DNA of 63,709 nucleotides, filler included, from Lama guanicoe (Eukaryota): the NCBI GenBank assembly GCA_013239625.1. It is 212 parts of 212 records of this genome, joined end to end, with 100 filler letters (N's around TTAATTAATTAA, not from the genome) between each part and the next. Parts side by side here need not be neighbours in the genome. Positions count along the whole stretch, not along the records: positions 1 to 201 come from PNXV01030794.1; positions 302 to 502 come from PNXV01030795.1; positions 603 to 803 come from PNXV01030796.1; positions 904 to 1,104 come from PNXV01030797.1; positions 1,205 to 1,405 come from PNXV01030798.1; positions 1,506 to 1,706 come from PNXV01030799.1; positions 1,807 to 2,007 come from PNXV01030800.1; positions 2,108 to 2,308 come from PNXV01030801.1; 204 more parts are not named here. One strand, given 5' to 3'. The notes under the pieces are model-generated. The model searched no databases. It was given only the letters and a program-made list of their open reading frames with translations, and was not told the DNA's origin. Each line of letters opens with the position of its first letter. Position 1 is the first letter of the stretch. A program made the position numbers and the translations under genes. This document shows positions 1-13,142 of this stretch, piece after piece.

Positions 1-201
1 TTTCAATGTAACTTTCTATTATGTCTATAGTAAAAATATTTGTATAGATCCCAATGTTTAAAAGGAAAAGGGCTGGTAAATAATATCTTCATGCAGTGTG
101 TTTATATATCAACACTCATGAAGTATTTTGAGATATAGCTTCCATATGACAGCTGACTCATATACTCATAGGTAATCACAGGGGGAGAAAGGAGAATCTG
201 G

Positions 202-301
202 NNNNNNNNNNNNNNNNNNNNNNNNNNNNNNNNNNNNNNNNNNNNTTAATTAATTAANNNNNNNNNNNNNNNNNNNNNNNNNNNNNNNNNNNNNNNNNNN
301 N
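202..301. other. Synthetic contig linker N44-TTAATTAATTAA-N44 (first of 211 copies)
   Basis: N 202-245, TTAATTAATTAA 246-257, N 258-301. The palindromic 12-mer carries TAA in all three frames on both strands, a standard design for joining contigs. Confidence 0.98.
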
Positions 302-1806
302 ACCCGGGCCCTTTCCTCGGCCTCAGTCTGCCTGAGAGTTAGTGCAAGACTCAGGTGCCTCTGTGCAGCCCCCTGAGTGCTTGTCTCCTCTCTCTTTACT
401 CGCCCCCCAGCCCACACTGGCCCCTCTGCCCCTCTGTTAGAAAAGGCCTAACCCCGGGCTTCCTCAGTGGGGCACCACTGTGACTGGTGGAGAGGGGCCC
501 CCNNNNNNNNNNNNNNNNNNNNNNNNNNNNNNNNNNNNNNNNNNNNTTAATTAATTAANNNNNNNNNNNNNNNNNNNNNNNNNNNNNNNNNNNNNNNNNN
601 NNAGCCTTTATCACAGCACTTGAGGAGGGTATTCGACCGGTGCCTTCTCACGGCCTCCCGTGTCATTACTCTTCTTCTAACATCTGGGTTGAGCTCCCAG
701 ACATTCTATGGAAGACATTCTCTGCCCAGTTTAGAAGATGAAAATGGTCCCAGTCATGCTGTCTCCTCAGTCCCCCTGGCATCCTCTGCCTTGGCTTGTA
801 TTTNNNNNNNNNNNNNNNNNNNNNNNNNNNNNNNNNNNNNNNNNNNNTTAATTAATTAANNNNNNNNNNNNNNNNNNNNNNNNNNNNNNNNNNNNNNNNN
901 NNNTCTGCTTAGGAGATTTCTCTAGATCCTACTCCCCTATATGAGAGAGAATATTTTGTTTTTCCTGGCACCTTGATTTTTATTTCAATTGCTATGGAGA
1001 AATGCTAACAGAATGCCTTCTCGCTGGAGTAGTAGGAATGCCCTACGTGAAAATTAATGGAATTACTGCCTGTGAACAACCCCAAACAACAAAGAAATGC
1101 TTAANNNNNNNNNNNNNNNNNNNNNNNNNNNNNNNNNNNNNNNNNNNNTTAATTAATTAANNNNNNNNNNNNNNNNNNNNNNNNNNNNNNNNNNNNNNNN
1201 NNNNGGATATCAAATTAAGACTAAAACACATATATATATCACACAAAGAACAAGAGGCAAATATCATTATTAACTGAACCATTTTCCTTCATGCAGCTTC
1301 CTTTCCTCACCCGTCCCTGAAAGGATGATTCATTTTTAAAACAGTCTTTGAATCATTTCAGCAAATAATTTTTGACTGCCTACTATGAACCCAGGACTAG
1401 TCTAGNNNNNNNNNNNNNNNNNNNNNNNNNNNNNNNNNNNNNNNNNNNNTTAATTAATTAANNNNNNNNNNNNNNNNNNNNNNNNNNNNNNNNNNNNNNN
1501 NNNNNATGGGTCCACGTGTGTACGTGTGTATGTGTGTGCATGCGTGCGTGCGAATGTGAGGTCCTGGGATTGCACGGACACCTCCAATTCCACTGCGCAC
1601 CTCGGGGTACACTTTCATCTCCACGCCCCGTCCCCTCCGTGTAACTCAGGCCTCCAACAGGAGAGGGGGGAGTCGGGGCCAATTATCCTCAATACATTTA
1701 CCTATTNNNNNNNNNNNNNNNNNNNNNNNNNNNNNNNNNNNNNNNNNNNNTTAATTAATTAANNNNNNNNNNNNNNNNNNNNNNNNNNNNNNNNNNNNNN
1801 NNNNNN

Positions 1807-2007
1807 GGGTATTCCATACAAATGGAAAAGCAAAATAAGCAGGTGTTGCAGTACCGACTACTGACAAAATAGTCTTTAAAACAAATGCGATAAAGAAAGA
1901 TAAGGAAGGACATTTTATAACGATTCAATGAGTGATAAAAGATGAGGATAACACACTCGTTAATACACATGCACCAAAGAGAGGAGCACCTAAGTACATA
2001 AAATAAT
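1807..2007 (+). mobile_element. LINE-1 ORF2 endonuclease-region fragment, degenerate
   Basis: Resembles L1 EN coding sequence: ATTCCATACAAATGGAAAAGCAAAA..GCAGGTGTTGCAGTAC..GACAAAATAGTCTTTAAA..GAAGGACATTTTATAA..GCACCAAAGAGAGGAGCACCTAAGTACATAAAA. Confidence 0.75.
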
Positions 2008-2714
2008 NNNNNNNNNNNNNNNNNNNNNNNNNNNNNNNNNNNNNNNNNNNNTTAATTAATTAANNNNNNNNNNNNNNNNNNNNNNNNNNNNNNNNNNNNN
2101 NNNNNNNTTTATTAAGGTTAAACTTAACCTTTATTACTAAATATTGTAAAAAAAAAATTTAAACCTTATCACATTATATTCCTCTTAAATTAAACCTTGT
2201 AACTCTAGAACTGTAGTAAGAAGGGAGACAAATTCTCTGTCTATTTGATGGCCTTACTTAATCTCACTACTTGGTAAAGAGACCTGTTAAAGAGCCAAGC
2301 GCAGTTCANNNNNNNNNNNNNNNNNNNNNNNNNNNNNNNNNNNNNNNNNNNNTTAATTAATTAANNNNNNNNNNNNNNNNNNNNNNNNNNNNNNNNNNNN
2401 NNNNNNNNGCATTGTCCTTGTCAATTTTCCGTTCTTTGAGGATTAATAGGTCTTTCAATCAGACCTTAATTTGTGAGTAGCTTGTCATTTGATTCGTATG
2501 TTTCTCCAGCGTCCCTTTCATTGACTTCATGAAATTCTGCACCCCATGTGCAGGCCAAACGCAAAAATATAATTAGTTGAAAAATCGATCTCTGTACCCT
2601 CGTGTATATNNNNNNNNNNNNNNNNNNNNNNNNNNNNNNNNNNNNNNNNNNNNTTAATTAATTAANNNNNNNNNNNNNNNNNNNNNNNNNNNNNNNNNNN
2701 NNNNNNNNNCTCCT

Positions 2715-2890
2715 GCCTACCTAGCTAAGTGACCTTGGGAAAGTAGTCTAACCAGTCTAAACCTCACTTTCCTCATCTGTAAAATAGAGATTCCAGTAGT
2801 AAATACTTTAAAAGTTTATTCTGAAGACTATATAAGATAATGCATGCAGCATTACCTGGCAAGCACTCAACAACTACTAGTTATTAAAAT
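2715..2890 (+). mobile_element. MIR SINE
   Basis: MIR core motifs GTGACCTTGGGAAAGT..CCTCACTTTCCTCATCTGTAAAATAGAGA..AGATAATGCATG..AAGCACTCAA. Confidence 0.8.
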
Positions 2891-3049
2891 TATCATAATG
2901 CCACAGCATCNNNNNNNNNNNNNNNNNNNNNNNNNNNNNNNNNNNNNNNNNNNNTTAATTAATTAANNNNNNNNNNNNNNNNNNNNNNNNNNNNNNNNNN
3001 NNNNNNNNNNCCCTCCCTCCCCGGAGCGCGGCGGGAAGCGCACGCCTAC

Positions 3050-3211
3050 CTCGTGGTACTTCTTGGTGACTTTGCTGGGGACGCACTGGCACTCGCTGCA
3101 GGTGTGCAGGCAGCAGGCGCAGTTCCCGCCGCAGCGCTTGACCAGCAGGCAGCCCGGCCAGAAGATGGTGTCCGCCCTCTTCAGCTCCTCCCTGACGGAC
3201 ACCGAGAAGTT
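3050..3211 (-). CDS. PDGFC: Platelet-derived growth factor C, partial exon of the PDGF/VEGF cystine-knot domain, followed by a splice donor
   Basis: Translates to NFSVSVREELKRADTIFWPGCLLVKRCGGNCACCLHTCSECQCVPSKVTKKYHE, matching recalled PDGF-C. Donor GAG|GTAGGC lies at 3050/3049. Confidence 0.95.
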
Positions 3212-3913
3212 NNNNNNNNNNNNNNNNNNNNNNNNNNNNNNNNNNNNNNNNNNNNTTAATTAATTAANNNNNNNNNNNNNNNNNNNNNNNNNNNNNNNNN
3301 NNNNNNNNNNNCTTTGACCTTTTTTTAAATTATCTCCTACACAATTCTATGCATTTTGTGAAATGAATCTTTTCCCTTCCCATTTATAAAAGTCTTGAGT
3401 TTTTACAAGATTAACATTTCATTGTTTCAAAGCTACAACTAAATGCATTCATTAAGCTTTCTATGTTAAAAGCTAGGCTGGAATGTGTGCCAGAAGTCAC
3501 AGAGCATCAGCTNNNNNNNNNNNNNNNNNNNNNNNNNNNNNNNNNNNNNNNNNNNNTTAATTAATTAANNNNNNNNNNNNNNNNNNNNNNNNNNNNNNNN
3601 NNNNNNNNNNNNTCTCCATCCATAACCCTGCTATTCCTTTTCATAACTCAGTATTTGTCATAACCTCCCCACCGCCTTGCCCTATGAGCCAATAATTTGG
3701 ACATATACCCTTAAAAATCCACGTGACTGCCTTATGGGCAAGCTCCCTTTCTTCTTTGTATCCAGGTCTAGCACCTTTGACTAAGAATGGTGGTGACATC
3801 ATGAGGTTATTAGNNNNNNNNNNNNNNNNNNNNNNNNNNNNNNNNNNNNNNNNNNNNTTAATTAATTAANNNNNNNNNNNNNNNNNNNNNNNNNNNNNNN
3901 NNNNNNNNNNNNN

Positions 3914-4113
3914 CTATATTCTAAATTCTGTGTTCTGCATTCCATGTTATAAATTTTTGATTATATATTCTGTATTCTATATTCTGTTCTCTGTGTTTTA
4001 TTTTCAATTTCTAAATCGTATATTCAGTACTCTCTGGTCTATATTTTAAATTCTGTGTTCTATATTCTATAGTCTAAATCCTGTATTCAGCATTTTGTAT
4101 TCAATATTCTAAA
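3914..4113 (-). repeat. Degenerate heptamer (AGAATAY-type) satellite
   Basis: Reverse complement reads as tandem AGAATAT/AGAATAC/AGAACAC/AGAATTT units. Same family as 20166 and 38827. Confidence 0.85.
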
Positions 4114-4834
4114 NNNNNNNNNNNNNNNNNNNNNNNNNNNNNNNNNNNNNNNNNNNNTTAATTAATTAANNNNNNNNNNNNNNNNNNNNNNNNNNNNNNN
4201 NNNNNNNNNNNNNGAGGGAGGAGGGAAGAAAGGGAAGCAACTTCTTTTCTTCCTGAAGATCAATCTCTCACCCTTTCTCTTTCCTTCACTCCCCGTGTTT
4301 GCTTCGAAAACATCCTGTACTCCTGTCCTTTTTCATCAGCCTTTCACCCCCCAGCCTACCGCAGTGAGGACCCTGCCTCCACCTTCCTGAAATGGCCACG
4401 TGCAGTGACCTGATNNNNNNNNNNNNNNNNNNNNNNNNNNNNNNNNNNNNNNNNNNNNTTAATTAATTAANNNNNNNNNNNNNNNNNNNNNNNNNNNNNN
4501 NNNNNNNNNNNNNNAGTGAGGATAAAAATATGCAGTTAAAAACAAATTAATATTTTAAGGAATAGCTCTTGCTAGTAACTACATCTGTTACAATCATTTG
4601 TCCAATAATTAAAGTTAACAGAATACATTCTGTATATGCCAGAGTCCACAGTAGCTTGTCCTAAATCGATGATGACTGGGCTGTAATAGTGAGAAAATGT
4701 GTGTAGAGGAATCTTNNNNNNNNNNNNNNNNNNNNNNNNNNNNNNNNNNNNNNNNNNNNTTAATTAATTAANNNNNNNNNNNNNNNNNNNNNNNNNNNNN
4801 NNNNNNNNNNNNNNNGCTTCCACTTCTATAGGGG

Positions 4835-4940
4835 AGACAAAATAGGAAACTGAGGCCCAGAGACATTAAGACATCAGGGCAGGTGCCACAGCCCTTCAGC
4901 AGAGCCAGGACTAGAATCAGGCATGCAACTCCCAGCCCCC
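4835..4940 (-). mobile_element. MIR SINE fragment
   Basis: GGAAACTGAGGCCCAGAGA..TTAAG..CACAGC..AGAGCCAGGACTAGAA is the antisense MIR core. Confidence 0.6.
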
Positions 4941-7900
4941 CTTGCACCTCCCCTGACCCCTCTTCCCACCCACTCTGAGTGCCATCTGTACCTGGCACTT
5001 GGCACATGCCTCCTATNNNNNNNNNNNNNNNNNNNNNNNNNNNNNNNNNNNNNNNNNNNNTTAATTAATTAANNNNNNNNNNNNNNNNNNNNNNNNNNNN
5101 NNNNNNNNNNNNNNNNTCACAGGTTGCATAGAAATCTATCATAGTTAATCAATTCCTTGATTTTTTTAGAAATCTTATTATAAATTGCACTATAACCATT
5201 GTGCTTTAGTTAAACTTTAATATTTTGTGTGCTGACTATGTGATAGCAACAGTAACTCTATGAAACAGTACTAGTATCAGTATCTCTATTTTATCCAAGA
5301 AGGAACTGAGAGGGTTTNNNNNNNNNNNNNNNNNNNNNNNNNNNNNNNNNNNNNNNNNNNNTTAATTAATTAANNNNNNNNNNNNNNNNNNNNNNNNNNN
5401 NNNNNNNNNNNNNNNNNCGCCTGATCTAGGAATGAGCCTTCCTATGCCATAGGACAAAATGGTCATCAAATATCTCCCATACGTGGGTTGAATGTATGAC
5501 CAAGAGGAGGCACTGTGGTATGATATGTCACCTGCCATATCAGTAAACAAAGGACGTTGCGGTCATCTTGGCCTTCAAGCCATCAGCCCCTGCAGTCGCC
5601 CCTGACTGTGCACCCTGANNNNNNNNNNNNNNNNNNNNNNNNNNNNNNNNNNNNNNNNNNNNTTAATTAATTAANNNNNNNNNNNNNNNNNNNNNNNNNN
5701 NNNNNNNNNNNNNNNNNNGGGCAGAGCACTGGGCTGCGAGACGAGGCTGTGTTTCTTTCAAGCTCTGAACTGAAAATGAAGTGTCGTGTCCCTTCTTTGG
5801 CCCTTTATTTGTTCAGCTTAAAATAGGGTCTTGGACCTGTTCGATCCAACGTTAGAGTATCACTTTTCTCCTCGGTGACCCTCCATGGCTCCACAATTCC
5901 TTCAGAGGGAAAAATGCCCNNNNNNNNNNNNNNNNNNNNNNNNNNNNNNNNNNNNNNNNNNNNTTAATTAATTAANNNNNNNNNNNNNNNNNNNNNNNNN
6001 NNNNNNNNNNNNNNNNNNNCTGGTCCCCCTTTCAGCTCTCTGAAAGGTGTAACCCCGGCAACCAGAGGCTCCCATGGACCAAGAGAAGTCCTCAGTTTTC
6101 TTTAAGAGTTGTCTTAGAAACCGGAATGGTTATTTCTCTTATTTCCCAAGCTCTGAAATGCAAACCCTGCGTCTGCCATGTTTTAGTGTTTCACATAATT
6201 AATCAAAGAAGTTTCAGTCGNNNNNNNNNNNNNNNNNNNNNNNNNNNNNNNNNNNNNNNNNNNNTTAATTAATTAANNNNNNNNNNNNNNNNNNNNNNNN
6301 NNNNNNNNNNNNNNNNNNNNTATCTGAGCTATCTTGGGTTAGCTTGCTTTTTCATCATTCTGTGATCCCTGGGGAGACCTGGATCAAGAGATCAAGAGAG
6401 AGCCAGTTGTAGCTTTGGTCCTGAGTTTTATACAAAATCTGAATTTTCTAAAGCTTATCAGCCACCAGATTTTAATGGTATAAAAATACATTCATCCCAA
6501 CCAATTTAACAGGTAATGCTGNNNNNNNNNNNNNNNNNNNNNNNNNNNNNNNNNNNNNNNNNNNNTTAATTAATTAANNNNNNNNNNNNNNNNNNNNNNN
6601 NNNNNNNNNNNNNNNNNNNNNGTCCCCGGATGGCCACTGTGCCAGGAGTGAGTCCTGAGGCACCAGGCTGTAGCTGTTTAAGGGTAACCCTCAGGGCTGG
6701 AAGCAGCAAAATCACATGTAGTCCACGAGGCAGGACGCTCGTGATCACTAGTAGAAGAATCCCCAGGGTAACATGTTTTAAACAATAAAGACATTGATTA
6801 TTCCACATGATGAGAAGTCCAGNNNNNNNNNNNNNNNNNNNNNNNNNNNNNNNNNNNNNNNNNNNNTTAATTAATTAANNNNNNNNNNNNNNNNNNNNNN
6901 NNNNNNNNNNNNNNNNNNNNNNTGCCGAGGACTGCACAGCATTAAACTTTCATTCCACATCTTTATAAAGCCTTAGGACAAATTTTTCTAATTTAGGGAA
7001 CAGTGGTTGTACGTATATTTATAATTCATTCTTCAGTAAAGAGCATTGCTTTCAAACATCTGTAAAGGCCTTTCAAATTTTTTTAATGAATTGAGATCAT
7101 TTGAACTAAATTAAAGATACTCANNNNNNNNNNNNNNNNNNNNNNNNNNNNNNNNNNNNNNNNNNNNTTAATTAATTAANNNNNNNNNNNNNNNNNNNNN
7201 NNNNNNNNNNNNNNNNNNNNNNNCACTGAAGGTCCTGCCCCAGTCGCAGGAGTTAAACGCTGTGCAGACGTGCGCCCGTTTGGTTAGTCCGATCGAGAAT
7301 GTCACCTGCCCGGATTCCGAGGGCTCCCGTGTGTCGCAGGTAAACGGTAAACGGGGACTGGCAGCCCGGCTTTATTGTCAAAAATGGGAAGCAGGGAGCG
7401 CACGGCTGCTCCTCCCAGAACAAANNNNNNNNNNNNNNNNNNNNNNNNNNNNNNNNNNNNNNNNNNNNTTAATTAATTAANNNNNNNNNNNNNNNNNNNN
7501 NNNNNNNNNNNNNNNNNNNNNNNNGCTGATGATGGTGGCCTTTTCTGACCCTTGTGACTTCATTTAACTAAAGCGTGGACTCTATCAATCTTTGCCCCAA
7601 TTCCGTGCTGAATTCTCTTGCTGAGACGCCTTCAGGAATATGCAGACACTGCCCAAGCCCCTTCATGAATGTGTATATTCCCTTAGCTTAAAACTTCCTT
7701 CATTTTAATGTTCAGGAATTCGCTGNNNNNNNNNNNNNNNNNNNNNNNNNNNNNNNNNNNNNNNNNNNNTTAATTAATTAANNNNNNNNNNNNNNNNNNN
7801 NNNNNNNNNNNNNNNNNNNNNNNNNAAAGCTGGACAAACAGATGAAATGGAGCCAGATATAGGGGGCAGAAAAGTCCCATGTATGTATTTAAGCTTGGCT

Positions 7901-10900
7901 TCTATTTGCACATAGATAGCAAGTCAGAGCCTTCTCTGATCTCACACTGGAAAATTCCAACAGGTATTTTCTAGTATATTTGAAATATTTTGTAGTTTAA
8001 AAAACATGATAAATGTAAAGATGAAANNNNNNNNNNNNNNNNNNNNNNNNNNNNNNNNNNNNNNNNNNNNTTAATTAATTAANNNNNNNNNNNNNNNNNN
8101 NNNNNNNNNNNNNNNNNNNNNNNNNNTGCGTGTCCTCCAGACGTTTGGCTTAGCTTGGAACTAACAGTGGTCTTTTCTGAGGATAGCGGTTGGTAACCTG
8201 TTCAGTTGTCCATTACAGCAGCTGTTTTATGAGCGCTCACAACCTCTCTGGTTCAGGAGCCTGCAAAGGGCTTGTCTGGAAGGTTCTGACTTGGGATCTC
8301 TCGTAGTTGTGGTCAGACAGCGATGGCNNNNNNNNNNNNNNNNNNNNNNNNNNNNNNNNNNNNNNNNNNNNTTAATTAATTAANNNNNNNNNNNNNNNNN
8401 NNNNNNNNNNNNNNNNNNNNNNNNNNNTATATTCTTTGTTCCATCAATTCCACTTTTAGGAATACATCCTAAAGATAAAACAGACATGGCACAAAGCTGT
8501 ATGTTTAAGGTGGTCATCATGGTGGTAAATAATAGGGCAGTAGGTAAATAAAATATGATCCAGTTGTACAATGGAATATCATGCAGCCATTAAAAATAAG
8601 AGATGTAGAGTGTATATATATATATATTNNNNNNNNNNNNNNNNNNNNNNNNNNNNNNNNNNNNNNNNNNNNTTAATTAATTAANNNNNNNNNNNNNNNN
8701 NNNNNNNNNNNNNNNNNNNNNNNNNNNNCGCCACAATTCATCAATGGTAGGTTTATATAATACAATAAAAATCAAAATGACGCTAGAGAAAAATAATATA
8801 AACATAAAAATTCCTTCATAAAATGCGAATTCCTCCTGCACAATTGATTCCTCAGCAGCATCTTAAAGGGAATGAGTAAGATATTCCACTGCATTTTCCT
8901 GCTGTGTTGAAACTTACTGAAAAACACAANNNNNNNNNNNNNNNNNNNNNNNNNNNNNNNNNNNNNNNNNNNNTTAATTAATTAANNNNNNNNNNNNNNN
9001 NNNNNNNNNNNNNNNNNNNNNNNNNNNNNCCAGAGCCTGAGATTCCCTGAGGCTTTCATGTTCTGTAGCTTGGCTTCAGCCTCTTAACCCTCAGCTACCC
9101 CTGGCTGCTGGCGGTGCTGCCATGGCAGCTCAGGTGAAAGTCTCAGGCAGGGGGGGTCAAAGAAGCAGCAAGTCAAAATCATTTTCAAGCAATGTATCCC
9201 CCCACTTTTTAATTATAATTATTTGCATATNNNNNNNNNNNNNNNNNNNNNNNNNNNNNNNNNNNNNNNNNNNNTTAATTAATTAANNNNNNNNNNNNNN
9301 NNNNNNNNNNNNNNNNNNNNNNNNNNNNNNGAAGAGTGTTGAGAAAGAAGCAGGAGCTCTGTACAACCCCATGGGCACTTTCCACAATGGTTCTGCCTCC
9401 TTAGTTTAAGCATTTTATTGTTTTGTATGTTATTCTCATCACTTCGCCTTAGGGCATATCTATCACTGTCAATTCAGGCCAAGCAGAAGTCATGGCTGAA
9501 AACCTGATAGAATATTTTGTCTAATGCATCGNNNNNNNNNNNNNNNNNNNNNNNNNNNNNNNNNNNNNNNNNNNNTTAATTAATTAANNNNNNNNNNNNN
9601 NNNNNNNNNNNNNNNNNNNNNNNNNNNNNNNATATATATTCATATTATATTATATTCTCCTGTTACAAAGTATTTGACTTATTTTAATTTGTCACTACTA
9701 CCAGCACTAGGGCAATAAAATTCCTACTCACATTTTTTTGTGAGTAGGTATGAGTATAAACCTAGAAATAGAATTATAGACTCGAAGGTATGTACATCTT
9801 CACATTTATTGGATTTGGCCAAATTGCTCTCCNNNNNNNNNNNNNNNNNNNNNNNNNNNNNNNNNNNNNNNNNNNNTTAATTAATTAANNNNNNNNNNNN
9901 NNNNNNNNNNNNNNNNNNNNNNNNNNNNNNNNCCGGGTGCTGGTCTCCTCCAGGCCTCCCCAAGGAGCTGCTAGCGCCCGCAGAGACCTCCCGAACCGCT
10001 CCAGCCCCAAGGGGGTCTCCAGAATGATTCTGAGGAAGCCAGGCTTGTGTGTGGGCTGTAAAAGGCTTTGCAGGGCCCTGGCCCAGGCCGGAGCCCAGCC
10101 CCCTGCCTCTGCCGAGACTCCCTACCCCCACTGNNNNNNNNNNNNNNNNNNNNNNNNNNNNNNNNNNNNNNNNNNNNTTAATTAATTAANNNNNNNNNNN
10201 NNNNNNNNNNNNNNNNNNNNNNNNNNNNNNNNNGGTAGTCAACGATTGCCAGTTACTCCTATTACCTTCTACTGCATTTGCCTCGCCCAGACGGCAAGGC
10301 AGTGCAACTGCTATGGTAACAGATCTGGGCTTCCAAACAGTCAGTGAGACCTGAAAACATAATGGGTCTAGTATTCGTTCTTAATGGCCTCCCATGATTT
10401 AATCCTTGAAGTATTTTGTCCTGTGGAAAAAGTANNNNNNNNNNNNNNNNNNNNNNNNNNNNNNNNNNNNNNNNNNNNTTAATTAATTAANNNNNNNNNN
10501 NNNNNNNNNNNNNNNNNNNNNNNNNNNNNNNNNNAACAAAAACAAAAACAAAGAGCTCATTTCAAAAATAGTCATGGACTTAAAGAGACCTTCCCCAAAT
10601 AACAGAGATAAATGGCCAATAAGTACCTGAAAAGTTGCTCATCATCATTATTCATTAAGGAAATAAGATACATTTCACACACATTAATATGGTTGCCATT
10701 TCTTTAGAAACAGAAAACAAATTTTGGTGAGGATGNNNNNNNNNNNNNNNNNNNNNNNNNNNNNNNNNNNNNNNNNNNNTTAATTAATTAANNNNNNNNN
10801 NNNNNNNNNNNNNNNNNNNNNNNNNNNNNNNNNNNAGCTGTGGCTCTCCTTGAAGCGGGAACCACAGGTCTACACTGATCCCTGAGCGGGGCTGATGGTT

Positions 10901-11136
10901 CGGCAGTCGGTCATGGACTTAAGAGAGAACCGGATTGGGAAATCGGTGATTAGAGTGTTCCGCTGATGAAGAGGTATGTGAACGGACCCCTGAGAATAAG
11001 CGTGGAGGATGGGGGATGCTAACTGCAGGGCGTCACNNNNNNNNNNNNNNNNNNNNNNNNNNNNNNNNNNNNNNNNNNNNTTAATTAATTAANNNNNNNN
11101 NNNNNNNNNNNNNNNNNNNNNNNNNNNNNNNNNNNN

Positions 11137-11337
11137 CACGAAAAAATTCTCAATATCACTAAGTATGAGAGAAATGCAAATCAAACAGCAGTGAGGTATC
11201 ACCTCACACCAGTCAGAATGGCCACCATTTAAAAGTCTACAAATGATAAATGCTGGAGAGGATGTGAAGAATAGGGAACCTCCTACACTGTTGGTGGGAA
11301 TGTAGTTTAGTGCAGCCACTATGGAGGACAGTGTGGA
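11137..11337 (+). mobile_element. LINE-1 ORF2 3' region
   Basis: AGAGAAATGCAAATCAAA..ATCACCTCACACCAGTCAGAATGGC..TGCTGGAGAGGATGTG..CCTACACTGTTGGTGGGAATGTA..TGCAGCCACTATGGA. Confidence 0.92.
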
Positions 11338-11596
11338 NNNNNNNNNNNNNNNNNNNNNNNNNNNNNNNNNNNNNNNNNNNNTTAATTAATTAANNNNNNN
11401 NNNNNNNNNNNNNNNNNNNNNNNNNNNNNNNNNNNNNTCTACAAGTAAGGCTTTTTAAGATTCCACATAAAAATGATACACAATGTTCTTCTTTCTCCGT
11501 ATAATCTACCTTACTAAACACAATGCTGTCAAGGTCCATCCATGTTGTCACCAATGGCAGAAGTCTCCTCTTTCTCGTGGTTGCATAATGTTACTC

Positions 11597-11603
11597 TGTG
11601 TGT

Positions 11604-11637
<34 letters not shown>
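11597..11637. repeat. (TG)n microsatellite at the fragment end, preceded by L1 3'-end-like sequence
   Basis: About 20 TG units with one interruption. Confidence 0.9.
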
Positions 11638-12941
11638 NNNNNNNNNNNNNNNNNNNNNNNNNNNNNNNNNNNNNNNNNNNNTTAATTAATTAANNNNNNN
11701 NNNNNNNNNNNNNNNNNNNNNNNNNNNNNNNNNNNNNAACATTCAGTACTCTTTATGAAAAAATAGGAAGCATATATAGAGAGAAACGAATTTTAATTAG
11801 AAAACCACAGTCCCATTTATTCTTGAAGCTTGCATTTCAACTTTTTCTTATCTATAAGAAGAATTAATTTACAAATTTAACTGGATGGTCTCCATCATCT
11901 ACATGCCATTTTCCCCCTAATGTCCCATTGCTGTATGTNNNNNNNNNNNNNNNNNNNNNNNNNNNNNNNNNNNNNNNNNNNNTTAATTAATTAANNNNNN
12001 NNNNNNNNNNNNNNNNNNNNNNNNNNNNNNNNNNNNNNCACTGTTTCTTTATGAACTTGCTATCTGGATAAACTATCAATGATTCAAAGTCAGGCATTGA
12101 AGTCTCCTATTATTGTTATATTGCAGACAGTTTTTCCTTTCTGATTTGTCAGCATTTGTTTTAAATATGTATTTGCCCTGATATTTAGTGTATATATATG
12201 TACAACTGTTTATCTTCCTGTTGAATTGACCCATTTATCNNNNNNNNNNNNNNNNNNNNNNNNNNNNNNNNNNNNNNNNNNNNTTAATTAATTAANNNNN
12301 NNNNNNNNNNNNNNNNNNNNNNNNNNNNNNNNNNNNNNNCAAAGGAGGACTGGCGCTTGCTCACTGGGTCTCCCCTCTCCAACTGAGACGCCAGCGGGAC
12401 AGAAGGGGAACCTCCCAGGCTCGGATTTTTGCAGAGGAGCCCTTGTCTGACAGAACGAAGTTAAACAGGCACAGAGCGTCCCCCCGACACGCAGCCTGAG
12501 ACGCGGGCTGGCAGCGGCGGGCAGGGCCAGGCTGCACAAGNNNNNNNNNNNNNNNNNNNNNNNNNNNNNNNNNNNNNNNNNNNNTTAATTAATTAANNNN
12601 NNNNNNNNNNNNNNNNNNNNNNNNNNNNNNNNNNNNNNNNAACAAGTGAACAGATAAAGTCATTTCAGCTGGTAATAAGATCCAGGGAACATCTCAGCCC
12701 AGTAGACTATGAAGTCTGTGTTTTGACTCATCCTTTGGAATCAGCCAAGGACGCTGAATAATCTTGTTCAGGGATGAGAGCACCCCCAGCTCTCCCTGAT
12801 CCAGTGCTTCCCCATTGTTTGTTTCTGCAGGAATTAGATCCNNNNNNNNNNNNNNNNNNNNNNNNNNNNNNNNNNNNNNNNNNNNTTAATTAATTAANNN
12901 NNNNNNNNNNNNNNNNNNNNNNNNNNNNNNNNNNNNNNNNN

Positions 12942-13142
12942 TGGTGTACAGCATAGTGATTCAGTTATACATACGTGTGTGTGTGTGTGTGTGTGTGTGT
13001 ATATTTATATTCCTTGTCATATTCTTTTTCATTACAAGGTATTGAATATAGTCCCCTGTGCTATACAGTAGGACCGAATGTTTTTTCTATTATATATAGA
13101 ATAGTATTTGCAAATCCTGAACTCCCAATTTCTCTCTCTCCA
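12942..13142 (-). mobile_element. LINE-1 3'UTR (artiodactyl type) with embedded (TG)n
   Basis: GGTGTACAGCATAGTGATTCAGTTATACATA..TTGAATATAGTCCCCTGTGCTATACAGTAGGACC. Similar to 37021 and to the reverse complement of 56586. Confidence 0.8.
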
